Made by a program: the position numbers and the translations under genes | Shown: positions 13,071 through 26,559 of the stretch, piece after piece | Numbering within the stretch: the first letter of the stretch is position 1 | How the letters are laid out: each line of letters begins with the position of its first letter | The notes under the pieces: generated by a model | The model's database searches: none | What the model saw: the letters and a program-made list of their open reading frames with translations, nothing else | Told to the model about the DNA's origin: nothing | NCBI GenBank assembly: GCA_964016885.1 | Contig: OZ024740.1 | Span: 241,490,001-241,554,000 of the forward strand | Direction of reading: 5' to 3' | DNA: 64,000 nt | Origin: Eledone cirrhosa | Lineage: Eukaryota

Positions 13071-15585
13071 TTTATTAAATGTTTTAAATATTGTATGTAT
13101 GTATGTATGTATGTATGTATGTATGTATGTATGTAGGAAGATATGTTTATGGATGCATACATACGTATACCTATGTGCACGCATGTACGCCCACACACAC
13201 ATATATTATGATATATATTTTTTTATTAGGTTCAAAAATGAAATAAAAAATACTTATCAAGCTGAAGTAAGCACGGAGAAATGATATTCCATTCTATCTG
13301 ACTACAGCTATAAAAAGTATCTAAGTTAACTGTTGGTGTGCTGTGCAGCTTGCACATAACATAATACGTTTATTAAGCAGTTTATTATTTATTTACCGTT
13401 GTACAAAGAATAATAATGAGGAATGTCACAATAGACTTCGATCGACAGTACACCCGGGGTAAGGCAGACTAACGAAAGTTATACTTACATTAGTTAAGCC
13501 GGGTGAGGTGTGGAACTAAATCCCTTCAAGATAACGAAACACTTGTGAATAATTCAATGAAGCTACGATCAACAAAGGCAGCAAAGTGGCAGAGTTGTTC
13601 AAATGTCCTATAGAATGCTTTGTGGTATTTGTTCCAGCACTCTGCATCCTGAGCTCAAATGCCGCTGGTACTTTACTCCTTGTTATCTTTCGAGGACAAT
13701 AAGTAAACACCAGTTTAATATTATGATAAATTCTTCTTCTATATCTCTTTCATGTTTCTCTCTCACCTCTCCGCTCTCGCTCCCTGTCCCTGTCTAGCTT
13801 TCACTCTTTCTCTGCAAGAAATTGGCAAGAAATTTGCTGTTCCTATCTGGCGAGGAATGTGTGCTCCAATAAGTTTAAATGCCGAAGATACGGCGTCAAC
13901 TGCCCATAACATGGCACTATCTGCAAAGGCGAGCATTATTATCATGATATTCATCTAGATCAAACTGTTGGGTGCTGGTCATAAACTGGGTTCAAACATA
14001 TAACATGTACACAAAAAACTTATGTAACTGGATCAATTACAAGAAGAATTTGATTTGATCCTTCAAGAATGGCAACATGGAACAATAAAAAAAGGCAAAT
14101 TCCTTACGGTATCCAATAAACCTTGGAAAAACTACTGGTCTTAATTTCATCCAATTAGTTGGTGAATTAGAAATCCCATTTGGGTGTTCCATATCAAGAA
14201 ATATGGTTCTCGACTATCAAAAATAACCTCAACTTTATATGCACCTTATCAGTATTATGAAGCAAGTAAGATAATATACGATTTCAAACACAAGAATTAT
14301 TCCATGCATGTGTTAGTTTATTACGACTTGCTTTTGACTGGTACTTTATTTTATCGAAGCTGGAGGAGTAGTAGTTATCTTAAACCCCATCGGTATTTGA
14401 ACTAACTATAATATTTTGTCTGACATTTTGCCGGTTCTACTAATCTATCATCACTAGTAATGATATTAAAATATTCCTTGAGCTTAAAATAAGGCAACAA
14501 AATTAACAAATCAAATTGAAAGACGGATATGAGTTGAAGTCCCATGGAGTAAAGATAATATAGAGGTTGGATAACTTTGACTTTGATAAATACTTGGGCA
14601 TATATGAAATAATAATTGTGTTTGAAAGCTGTACGAATATGAATAGGAAATGACTATTTTCGTAGAGTCATAAAGAATAGTTAAACTCATCTCAATAGCT
14701 AAACACATTTTCAGCACCAAGGATAACATAGATTGCACTACAAAGTAATAGACAATGATTTTACAATCCAGAACACTTGAAATTCTCTATAAAATCATCA
14801 TATACATAATGAGTCTGCTATCCAAAGACTATGCATTCGAAGGAGATAACTTGGATCAATTTAAAATGCAGCTATTGATGTTTCCCACCATATTTCTAAC
14901 TTACAAGAATGTCTACAACATGCCTCTGTTGATTATGTTGTTTGAAAGTGAATAAGATTGCAAAAAATTAAAATGTAAAAGTCAGGAGAACAAATGGCCA
15001 TACTTATGACACACATAAGATCACCATGAACATACGACAAATAAACGAGGAGGCCGCTTCGTGATTAGTCACCCTGCAAGAATTTGTAGCCAAATTGCCA
15101 TACTACTCTCTCAAAGGATACTGACTAGAATAAGCTAGATTGGAGGCTTTTGTTTTGCACCGAATTATTTCTCCATAATGTGCTAACTCCATCAGAGAAT
15201 GACAATGCCACTAATAATGTTTAATGTATGCTGTGAATATTCATTAATCAGTAGGCCGACACCACCTTACTCTCTGCTTTGTCACTCTATATACTTCATG
15301 TATTGTATAAAAATAATTTGATAACATTGTTCATTCCGATATTACAAACCAGCTAGAGAATCACGATGTGGTTGTTCGGACTGTTAGAAATAGCTGCAAA
15401 ATATTTTTCAAAGTACACACTGGATAATGTAGTTTTAGATACCTTTCAAAGAAGCGGAATAGTCACGGCTGCAGAGTCCTAAATCTCAAACACAATTGAT
15501 CTAAGACTAATTAATCAATGATAACAAAATATTTCATGCAATTAGTTCATGCCGACACGAAAAATATAATATAAAATAGTCATGC

Positions 15586-15873
15586 CTGTTACGCTTAAAT
15601 GAAATGGTAAAGTTGCCTCTCCGAATCTGTTGCTGGCGATACACAAATAGATTCCTTGGTCGTTTGTATTAACTTTCTGTATTAAAAGATTTCCGTTTAG
15701 TAGTTGTTGTAGTCGTGATGTTGTCAGATCATTTGTAATTATCTCATTGTTCCGATTCCATGTTATATTTGGGAGAGGAGCTGCTTCCGTTTCACATAGA
15801 AGTGTAACGTTTCCACCGACAGCACCTTTGATGTTTCTTAACGTTTTACTTCGGAGGAAATTGGGTTTGAAAG
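15586..15873 (-). CDS. Contactin-like exon, Ig5 (not in ORF track; putative GC donor)
   Basis: tttcAG| then AFKPNFLRSKTLRNIKGAVGGNVTLLCETEAAPLPNITWNRN...NGNLLIQKVNTNDQGIYLCIASNRFGEATLPFHLSVT; the phase-1 end at the domain boundary is CAG|GCatga, giving 288 nt. Confidence 0.88.
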
Positions 15874-15989
15874 CTGAAATTAAATGAAGAGGAGGATCAT
15901 GTTGATTATGATGATGATGTAAATCGTATTCTCTTAATTGTTACAACACATAGATACACACATACGTATATACATGCATACACACCTGC

Positions 15990-16910
15990 TTATAAAACAA
16001 AGTGGCCATAGAAATGGATCCAGAAGTATCTCCCATCTTTTCTTTGTTGATGACCTGAAGTTGTATGGGCTAAATACCAACTATATCAAAAAACAATTGG
16101 ACCTCATTACACAATTTTTTGCAGACATCACAATGAAATTTGATGACTTCAAATGTGGCTTGACAATACAACCTCTATAGTCAGGTGACAACTACAGATA
16201 TCTTGGACAGGATGATAATGTCAGATATGATGATATGATGATAAATAAGGAGAGAACCAGAACTGAATACCTTAGGACAGTAAAGAAAATATGGTAATCA
16301 GAACTATCAGCGTACAACAAATACATTGCCCACAATACTTATACTGTGCCAATCCTAACACCAACATTTGGCCTGCTGAACTGGTTCATTGCAAGAACTA
16401 ATTGAAATGGGTGCAAGAACTCGCCAGCTTCTCAGTGTTACTGGAAACTTTAACATCAATGGTGATGTGGATAGGCATCTGGAACGCACTTAGAAAAAAA
16501 AAATGAAGAGGAATATGTTAAGATGGATTGCACTAAGGAATACTGGTGGAACCTGAAAATAAAAACTGCCACCAAATTAAAGCACAACCGGCCTGATATT
16601 GTTGTTTGGGACCATACATTGAAAATGTGCTCTGTTGTAGGGATCAGCTTCCCACTTGATATCAAAATTTGTAAGAAAAATACAGGAGAAGGAGGAAATA
16701 TACGGACCATTGATGAGGAATTTGCAGTTACACCTTCAGCTTTATACCCATCATTATTGGAGGTATAGGTTATATATCAACCCGCTTGGACCAACGTATG
16801 ACTGAACTTGGATATATAGACAAAGAGCACAGCTCCCTAATTCATAGACTACAAATGGGTGCGATAGCTGGCACCTTCAAAATTTGAAAAACATTCTCGC
16901 GATTCAAGGG
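15990..16910 (+). mobile_element. Older Dong/R4-like subfamily fragment
   Basis: SHLFFVDDLKLY, YRYLG, EYWWN...HNRPDIVVWD with stops and deletions. Confidence 0.78.
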
Positions 16911-17021
16911 ATGACCATTTCTTTTCTTTTACAACCTTCTCACCAGGAAGGCAGCCGGTCAAAGATGTACTCGATATTAAGAGAAAGAGAAACATACATA
17001 CATACATATAAATAATGCAGG

Positions 17022-17577
17022 CCCCAATAAAATGCAGGCATAAACAGACCAGATATAATGATATGAGACAGGGAAAAGAAGGCATTCACAGCAGTGGAAG
17101 TTAGCTGCTCAGCAGATGCCAATATAATATCAAAGTTTAGCGAAAAGGAGGATATTTATGCAGAACTAATGAGAAATCTGCAGATACTCCACTTTAATTA
17201 TACCTTCAGATTTATGCCTGTGGTTATTGGAGCACTGGGATATTCTAGTAACTGCCTCAATACAAATCTTGAGAAGCTGGGCTTCACAGGAAAAGAAAGA
17301 ACACAACTAGTTAGGAAATTACAAGTAAAATCCATTAATGGAACACTAAAAATATGTAGAACATTAAAAAGATTCTGCATCTAATAACTGCATATACACA
17401 TGTACAGATACACATGCAACTCAAAACATCCACATCCACACATACAATAACATCCATACCTACACATATCTACCTAGTTGATGTTGTGTAAATTCCAATG
17501 AGAGAGTCTTGTAATTATGTTAGAAACCGACTCTCTCTCCATTGGCAAAAATTTGTGGAATTATAAAACCAGAAGGA
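17022..17577 (+). mobile_element. Dong/R4-like 3' fragment
   Basis: EVSCSADANIISKFSEKEDIYAELMRNL...KICRTLKRFCI plus 3' UTR. Confidence 0.88.
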
Positions 17578-17609
17578 ACACACACACACACACATACACA
17601 CACACACAC

Positions 17610-17950
17610 ATGCATACAAGATGGCTCCATCTCGATTTCGAGAATTGTCATCACTTGATCCTTCTCTCACACATTAGTGGCGCGAACATGACATTTTAGC
17701 CCTGGCAATAACTTACATATCTTTTGGGATAAGCTGCAGCAAGGAAGACGAAAAAGAAGCCTTTTTTGGCTATGCCCGGACATGCTCATGCAACATACGA
17801 GAAAGATATTTAGATCAAATAATACCTATGCTTGAAGACTTTTTAACTTTGAACAACAGCGATAGTTATCCAAAAAGAACATGTCAACATCAGTGGTTGC
17901 CATCGAGTTGCAGGTTTTAGGTACGAGTTTTCCTTCTCCTTGAATTAAGG
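17610..17950 (-). mobile_element. RTE-like short derivative (5' UTR plus 3' end)
   Basis: Reverse complement resembles 11460-11520 and 12730-12780. Confidence 0.6.
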
Positions 17951-18322
17951 AATACAGATCTTTCATTACCAGTGGGCACCAAACAAATGTGTTCTCTTGG
18001 CGTTCAATAAAAGAACAACTCCGTTTTATGGTCTAGTTAGATAATAGAATCATAGACTCCTCATGACCACACCACTAAAAATCATGCCTGCACTTGGTAA
18101 CTGATCATGTTGTGCTAGGCCACGAAACAGGAGTCAACACCATCGCCGATGCCTTTTAAATGACTTTTAAGTTCCTTTATTCCAAATAACATGGGTTTAG
18201 TCAAGACTACATGTGACTTACTAACTGAGCGTAGTAGAAAGCTCAGTTCTTGAGTCATATAATATATTCGCAGTTACATAAGTAGAACTAGTCTTATGAA
18301 AATAGACAGAACGTGATCTTAC

Positions 18323-18592
18323 CGAGAACCGACAACTGTGCTGTACTGAATGTTACTCCATATTTGTTTGAAGCGACGCACTGGTACATTCCGTCATGAT
18401 ATCCTTTTCTAGCAGAATCAATAATAAGTGTATTGGCTGATATTGTTACATCTTCTGAAGAACGGAGGATAATCCCATTCTTGTACCATGTATAAGACGG
18501 TTCAGGTTGACTGAAGGCTTCACAGCTCCATCCTACTTGAGAATCAATATCAACAAACTGGGGCTTTAGACGAACGACCATAATCGGCTTAC
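18323..18592 (-). CDS. Contactin-like exon, Ig4
   Basis: ttcgcAG|...|GTaaga, 270 nt, phase 1-1; SKPIMV...WSCEAFSQPEPSYTWYKNG...DGMYQCVASNKYGVTFSTAQLSVL. Confidence 0.92.
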
Positions 18593-18999
18593 CTGCGAAA
18601 GAGAATATCACAATTACTATTAAAAACTACCATTATATTTAGTCTTGTTCCTTTTATTATTTTCGTATTCGAGCATGTAACGTGTACTACGGAGTTCCAC
18701 AAGCTGCATAATTGTTTAACCCTTTAGCATTTAAACCGGCCATATCCTGCCAGAAATCTCTTACCTCTTTCTGTTAAAACTGGCTATATCCGGTCGCTCC
18801 TACTGATGTTAAAGGATGGTTTTCAAAAGAAATAATATCAAATTCTCATAGATTCGATATTATGTGAGATAATTATGTATGGTAAAACCTTTACTGTGAA
18901 AATATAATAGTAAATATAGAATAATTTAAATGCTAAAGGGTTAAGTGAAGTTTTCCGGCGAATTGAGCGGGGTCACAGCTCTGATACTATAGGCATTTG

Positions 19000-19630
19000 G
19001 TTAGAATGCCCCGGGGAAGAATCGCTGGGCAGATTTTACGAGCAAAACCAACCAGCAGAAAACCCAGGAGTAGAGCCCGAGCATGACGGTTTGATAACAT
19101 CCATGAGCTTAACTTGTCACGTTCGGGGATCCAGCCAGATCAGTTGGAGATAGTTGCTTCTGACAGGACCCGCTGAAGGGATGCTTGAGGACTCTGCCCA
19201 CCACGACCCTCTCAGGAATAAGTGGGCTAAGAAGAAGAAGAAAAAGGTCTGCCATTTATCTTTTATATTATATTAGAGAAGGTATAGAAATGTTTTCGTC
19301 GATTGTGCTTTGGTGAACTGACAAAATTTCCAGACTGGTAAATCGTTGTCCCTAAAAGATGTCACAGGACAATTCCCATTGGCCTTCATCAGAATCAGTA
19401 AGGTTCTATAGACTGCTGCGAGCTATTGGAGGAATAGTGCAAAGCTTATCTTCTTCTTTCTGAGAGGGTCATAGGGGTACAGTCCTCAAACACACTTTCC
19501 AGCGGGTCCTGACAGAAGCAGCCATCTCCAATTGATCTGGCTGCATCCCCAACTGTTATCAGCCGAGCTCTGGATGTTATCCAACCATCTTACTCGGGGG
19601 TCTACCCCTGGGTCTCTTGCCGGTTGGACA
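19000..19630. repeat. Two inverted ~200-bp copies of a LINE 3' end with (AAG)n tail
   Basis: 19045-19240 versus reverse complement 19450-19628, e.g. cagccagatcagttggagat / atctccaattgatctggctg. Confidence 0.75.
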
Positions 19631-20354
19631 AAGCTTATGCATAAAACTATCTGCCTCTATATCCATAAAATTGGGTATCTTCGTCCAGGCAACGGGTTTT
19701 GACGTATATTGTAACACAACACAAAGCTAGAAATGTACAAAGTTACACCGCGCAATCGTGCACGGAAGAATAAAAAGGAAAAGTCGAACTTAGGGAGCTT
19801 AGTATGATAATTAATAACGTTAAGCCAGTCACGATATGTCTTCGAGTGTTACACCTATAATACCCTTACCTATAGAACGAAATCACAGACTTAGTCAAAA
19901 TATTTAACATAATAATGTCTTACAAAGCCAAAAATATTGAGGAAAAGGTAAATCGATTATATCGACTCCAGTACATTACTGGAAGTTATTTATTCAACAC
20001 CAGAACTATGACAAACAAAATCGACTTCAGCTGGATTTAAACTCAAATTATAAAGGGTCATAATTAAATGCTGCAAAGGAATTTGTCCTAACGATCCTGC
20101 TAATCCACAGTCTTCAACAACCTTAACTAAGGGACATAGGGGAAAAAATGAAAATATTTAACATAATGATACAATGTTAAGAAGTTATATAAATTTATGC
20201 ATCAGTATGACAATAATGAAAGGGGAATTTCCCCTAAGTGTCGCTAATAGTAATAAACTGTGAAATATATGTATATTATGGGAGTTGAGTTCCAGAGCAC
20301 TCATTAACTTATGAACTTAGGTTTTAACCAATATCCTCTTCACCGGATGACTTA

Positions 20355-20426
<72 letters not shown>

Positions 20427-20629
20427 TTCCATCGATCTAGCCTGCGAGACAACCTTTACGTGATTGTTCGGCCAGCATGGAATAGGAGCAAACTACACTC
20501 TACCGCCATAAACAGTAAAAGAACACTTTTGTGTCCGCCTAAAAATAACGGGATGGTCAGGGATGGAATACTTTTGATCTAAGCATGATGAATCAGGATT
20601 GCTCTAGGGTTAGACAACAACAAACCAAT

Positions 20630-21100
20630 AACTTTACCACGACATATTTGAAGGCTAAGATCTTTGATACTTACATCCTACCAGTTGTGTAATATGGTCT
20701 TGACTGTGTTAATTGGACGACAAAGTCACTTCAGAAAATCTCTACATTCTAGAACCACATCATGAGACTTATGACTGGCAAGCGGCTCAGCGACCGTACC
20801 TGTATCAGTGGGCTGCTCAACATTACCAAACTTAGACCCATTACATCAATTGTCAAGTCAAGATTACTCAAACTATACGGCCGTATAAAAAGATCAAGTG
20901 GTTGTGAGTAGGTTATGCCTGGAAGGAAGGTTGGCTGGTGAGAGAAGCAGAAGCTCTGCGGCCAAAACGATGGCTTGACAATGTCAACTTATGGACTTGA
21001 CTTGATCTTTGCTCTGATCTCTGATGCTGGTGATCGAACTTTGTGGAGAGAGATATCACATGTTGATGCGCAGTCTGCAACTGGCAGAGTTTAGCGTCAC
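20630..21100 (+). mobile_element. RTE-like RT C-terminal fragment
   Basis: IFDTYILPVV*YGLDCVNWT...NHIMRLM...PKRWLDNV. Confidence 0.6.
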
Positions 21101-21594
21101 AAGAATTTGATTAAAAAAATAGTTTAGTGGTCTGAGTTGACAAGGTACTGGGCTACGTCGTGGGACGGAGGTAGTTTGTTTCTGATTATGGGAATAAACT
21201 TATTATTGAACACTAGATATAATCAGCCTATGGAATTGGCTCTATATACCGTTGAGCAAGATTGGATATTAGTTTAACAACAAAAATTCCGACGAACAGT
21301 GGAGAATCTTTCATCCTTATCGTAAATATTTCTATCGATTAAAGTACTAGTTTACTAACAGATGTAGAAATTAGCATTCTAAGTTTTGCATTTCAGTATT
21401 TTACATTAAAATATCATGACTGCATATGAAATTGGTTCATATCAAAGCGGTAAAGATTTCTCGCTGGTTTGCTAAATTGTCACTTGTTCATGTATGTAAC
21501 AGGATAAGCTGCCATCTCTTACTGTTTTTTCAATATCTGTTTTAACATTTTATTTTTATGTACGTACGTTTGTATGTATATATGTATGTATGCC

Positions 21595-23630
21595 GTTTTC
21601 CGGTTTTAGTCGCCAACGACTCGACCATGCACAGGTTGTACTGGATTACAAGTTACCAGTAGCACTGAAGAGCGATGGGTCAAAGGGCGGAGGAACTCAG
21701 GAGAGTCAACGGCCATCCAATAAAATATTTATTTTGTGGAGCGAGAGACTCCTATTTTTCATTAAGACATCTCTCTAGGAGAAAGTCGCTCTTATATAAA
21801 ACCTGCGACTTCGTAATCATCCAATGATGTAGACCAGTTCTATTTTTTTGGTAAATGCATTCCTCACTTAAAAAAACCTTTCCTCACTTAAAACAGTTTC
21901 AAGCACAGACATCGCTTAATATGTGAAATATTTTGTGATGCATGGTATTGCTGGCCATAGGCAAGTCCTTAGCAGGACTAAAAATCCATACCGTGATGCT
22001 CATGCTTAAGTGATGGTATTACTCGAAATCGAGTTGCAGTCATCATCATGTATGTATGTATGTATGTATGTATGTATGTATGTATGTATGTATGTATGTC
22101 AGGTCACCAGTGGTGCTACTGGTAACATGTATCCCAGTACAACCTGTCTCATGGTCGGGTCGTTGGCGACTAAACTGGCAACCCCATCAAGGTTTCTTGG
22201 TGAGGAGGGTGACTTTGGACATCCTGCAGGACTAAAAACAAAACCTGTCAAAGGGCAAAGGAGCTCTTAAGAGTCAATGGCCATCCAAAATCACCGGGAG
22301 AGATGACCCCTTAGCCTTTGTCAAGGCAGAATTCTAGGAGAAGGACAACTCTGATATAACACCTGCAACCCTAATGGTATCCAATGATGTTGACTTGTTC
22401 TTCTTTTTGGTAAATATCATCTTGGTTAAGAGAGTGGGACTGGTTTTGTGCAGTGCCTTTGCTCACCATAAAAGCTTCACGGCACAGGCATTGCTTTAAA
22501 TCTGGAGATCTCTCTGCACTTGTCATATGGTACCATGGGCCTAGCACTATGTGTCAATAATTGTCACAAGTGTAGTGTTTGTACCAGAGTTTTCAAGTCG
22601 CTGGCTGGACTAAAAAGTCACACTTGTTTAGCGCATCAGTAGGGGTTCTCCTACATGGATATAAAGTAGTGGCCGTACTCGAAAACGAGTTGGCAGCCAC
22701 CATGTATGTATGTATGTATGTAAGGGCAAAGGAGCTCTTAAGAGTCAATGGCCATCCAAAATCACCGGGAGAGATGACCCCTTAGCCTTTGTCAAGGCAG
22801 AATTCTAGGAGAAGGAAAACTCTGATATAACACCTGCAACCCTGATGGTATCCAATGATGTTGACTTGTTCTTCTTTTTGATAAATATCATCTTGGTTAA
22901 GAGAGTGGGACTGGCTTTGTGCAGTGCCTTTGCTCACTATAAAAGCTTCACGGCACAGGCATTGCTTTATATCTGGAGATCTCTCTGCACTTGTCGTCAC
23001 ATGGTACTATGGGCCCAGCACTATGTGTCAATAATTGTCACAAGTGTAGTGTTTGTGCCAGAGTTTTCATGTCGCAGGCTGGACTAAAAAGTCACACTCG
23101 TTCAGCGAATCAATAGGGTTTCTCCTACATGGATATAAAGTAGTGGCCATACTCGAAAACGAGTTGGCAGCCACCATGTATGTATGTATGAATCAATGGC
23201 CATCCAAAATCACCCGGAGAGATGACCCCTTAGCCTTTGTCAAGGCAGAATTCTAGGAGAAGGAAAACTCTGATATAACACCTGCAACCCTGATGGTATC
23301 CAATGATGTTGACTTGTTCTTCTTTCTGGTAAATATCATCTTGGTTAAGAGAGTGGGACTTCCTTTGTGCAGTGCCTTTGCTCACTATAAAAGCTTCACG
23401 GCACAGGCATTGCTTTATATCTGGAGATCTCTCTGCACTTGTCGTCACATGGTACCATGGGCCCAGCACTATGTGTCAATAATTGTCACAGGTGTAGTGT
23501 TTGTACCATAGTTTTCAAGTCGCTGGCTGGACAAAAAAGTCACTCTCGTTCAGCGCATCGGTAGGGGTTATCCTACATGGATATAAAGTAATGGCCGTAC
23601 TCGAAAACGAGTTGGCAGCCACCATACATG
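21595..23630 (+). mobile_element. Cluster of RTE-associated short elements, including three tandem ~470-bp units
   Basis: Units at about 22250-22715, 22723-23190 and 23191-23625 each end cagccaccat(gtat)n; shared 5' leader at 22102, with an inverted copy at 21601-21677. Confidence 0.8.
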
Positions 23631-23675
23631 CATGTATGCATGCGTGCATACGTGCATGTGTGCATATTTGCAATG

Positions 23676-25245
23676 TCTTCTGGTTTTATTATTTCACAAA
23701 TTTTTGCCAATAGAGAGAGATCCCGTTTCTAACATAGTAACAAAACTGTCCCATTGGAATTTACACAACATCAACTAGGTACATATGTATGCATGTTTGC
23801 ATGCATGCATGTGTGTGCAGGTATGGATGTTATTGTATGTGTGGATGTTTTGAGTTGTATGTGTGCATGTGTATATGCAGTTATTAGATGCAGAATTTTA
23901 AAAATGTTTTACGTATTTTTACTGTTCCATGGATTGTACTTGTAATTTCCTAACTAGTTGTGTTCGTTCAGTTTCTGTGAACCCAGCTTCTCAAGATTTG
24001 TATTGAGGCAGTTAGTAACATATCCCAGTGCCCCAATAATCACAGGTATAAATCTGAAGGTGTAATAAGGTTGGAGTATCTGCAGATTTCTCATTAGTTC
24101 TGCATAGATATTCTCCTTTTCACTAATCTTTAATATTATATTGGCATCTGCTGGGCAGCTAGCTTCCACTACTGTGCATGCCTTCTTTTCCCTGTCCTAT
24201 ATCATTATATCTGGTCTGTTATGCCTGCATTATATTGGGGTTTTTACTGGAACATTCCACCAGTACGCTTTCATATTATGTATATGTATCTCATCCACAT
24301 TGCTGTAGCTTTTAATGTGTTTATTTTTGGGGCTATCCTTTTTACTGATTGCATTGTATAGTGTTTTTGACATTACATCATGCCTCATAGGTAGATGGTA
24401 CCGGGATGGCATCTTTGGACAGCTGCTTATGAGATGGGTGACATCTTCGATGTTAATTCGGCAGAGCCTGCACTTGTTACATCTAAGTGTTTTGCATACA
24501 TCCCTATTTCTTTTGTGAATCAGGTATTTTGTGTTGATTTCCTGTTCTCGGATTGCAAAAGCGTATCCTTCAAAGTGGGAGCCAATATAGCGGTTGTTTG
24601 TCCAAGATAGACTACTTTGCTTACCTATATTACTCTCATTTTGAAGTTACCTGGCAACATATAAACGCATGATTTCTTGCTGATAAGCATGCAGTTTTTC
24701 GTCCATGGATTCACTGTGGTAGTGCTGGGCAATTTCCCTGGATGTGAGATTTTGATTATCATGCAGGAAGTATCTTTCAAGGAGTTCCTTCCCAATTTAT
24801 CTGTCTCATGCAGATAGACTTGCTCAATAGACACGCTCCTACGCTTCGAGGTTTGAATATGTTGTCGGAGGAATATGATGCGACACTCAAATGCTGTCTG
24901 GACTGATGTTAGGCCTCTGCCTCCTTGCTTACGCTTCAAGTAGAGGCGGTCTATGTCAACTGTTGATGTGGAAGTTTCCGGTGTTGTTTAGTATTTTTCG
25001 AGTCCTAACATCAATTGCTCGGATTTCGTCGTTTATTGTCCAATCCAGTATGCCAAACATTGGTGCTAGGACAGGCATAGGAAACACATTGTGAGCCACT
25101 GTTTTATTGTGCGCAGAGAGTTTGGATGACCATATCTTTCTTTATCGGGTGTAATATTCCCTGGTTACGCGTTCCTTATTACAGATACCATTATAGGATA
25201 TATTCTCATCTATCCCCTGGTATCTGTAGCAGTTTTCGTCAGTGT
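23676..25245 (-). mobile_element. Dong/R4-like copy, same family as 36777-39307, truncated and degenerate
   Basis: Reverse complement matches the 3' part of the 36777 copy (CYRYQGIDENISYNG, KRKQGGRGL, MRHD, ASCPADAN, 3' UTR). Confidence 0.9.
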
Positions 25246-26056
25246 ATCTCGAGGTATATGTATTTCTAGCGGTAACAGTGCTAATCAACCAATGAGTGGT
25301 TGTCACGTTCTTTTGTTTGATCGTTCCGCATGATTCACGTGTAGAATCTGACATGTTTGATGCCTCCTGATCCCATCGAACAGAACTGAAAAGGCTGTAT
25401 ACTAGAGAACAGCAAACGAGATGCGTTGAAAGAACCATTCCAGCTCGCAGGTGTCAACACTGTTTTAATAACAGTGAGTAAAGAAGGCGTCTGGAGGAGC
25501 AGGACGCCATAAGTTCCCATCGCTATAGGTTTAACGAAGCTTACGTCTATCGCTGAATTCGCCAAGTTGCTGCCGAAAAAGTATCGTTGAACATCGCATC
25601 CCAGACGAAGAGCACATCCAGTGGAACCAGAAAACTGTAATACCATTAGGCCTTTGCCGTCCTCTCGGTCTAACCCCAACGGTTCAAACTACAATGGGAG
25701 GTTAGCATGGTCCAAGTGAAACTTAACGATATCATTATGAGAGACATGCAATGGGAGGCATCCGGCACTGAGGTGGTATGACTGTGGATGAAGACTGAAA
25801 GCGACTATACTGGTTCTCCAACAGTGTTTATGTTGCCGGAAAATCCTGAGACAGAACATCGGGAAAAACATACCTTATGCTTTCGTATCCTAGTGAATTA
25901 ATCACCCAGTCATGGTGCAGCTGTTTATTTTCCTGATTTATTAACACAGAAAGGGAAACCACTCCAGCTTATTCACGGAGCAATAGCACATGCGCAGTAA
26001 AGTACATTAGATCAACATATGTATAAATGATAAAAAATACGTTGTATATTACTCAC

Positions 26057-26241
26057 TTTGTAAACGAAGGTAATACACCTTCTCATCACTTGCTATTAAA
26101 CCGCGTTGTACAGTACATTTATACTCTCCCTCGTCATCCATCATGGCTTCTTTTATATACAATACACGGTTGAGATTACTAAAACTTACTCTGTCAGAGA
26201 ACTTGGCACCAACTCTACTCCATTTGTAGATCATTTCATGT
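26057..26241 (-). CDS. Contactin-like exon, Ig3 C-half
   Basis: cactctAG|...|GTgagt, 185 nt, phase 2-1; AHEMIYKWSR...NRVLYIKEAMMDDEGEYKCTV...YLRLQ. Confidence 0.9.
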
Positions 26242-26274
26242 CTAGAGTGAAATGAGAAAATTAAATAATATTAA

Positions 26275-26500
26275 GAATAACGGTTTCTGATTTAAGCACA
26301 AGGCCAACACTATTGGGGGAGGGGTAAGTCGATTAAATCGACCCCAGTGTATTACTGGCGCTTTATTTTATCGACCCCGTAAGGATGAAAGGAAAAGTTG
26401 ACCTCGGCGGGATTTGAACTCAAAACATAAAGAGCTGTAACTGAATACTATGAAGCAACGTATCTGACGCTCTAACGATTCTATCAATCCACTATACTTA
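26275..26500 (-). mobile_element. tRNA-derived SINE; related copies near 7375-7530, 7965-8190, 13590-13690, 14335-14440, 19940-20110, 32780-32880, 33190-33320, 35110-35200, 35480-35630 and 47240-47360
   Basis: Shared gagttcaaatcc B-box, gcctttcatcctt.cggggtcgataaa core and ggccttgtgc.taaa tail. Confidence 0.8.
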
Positions 26501-26559
26501 AATACTGCGAATAATATTAATGGTTTTTAAAACATGTACGAAACACGGTACATGACAGT

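Noticed and set aside
13800-14260. Cys-rich reading frame
   Set aside because: Interrupted by stops; no family recognised and no splice support
25250-25900. GC-richer coding-like stretch
   Set aside because: Short frames with stops and no recognisable motif; probably a decayed transposon
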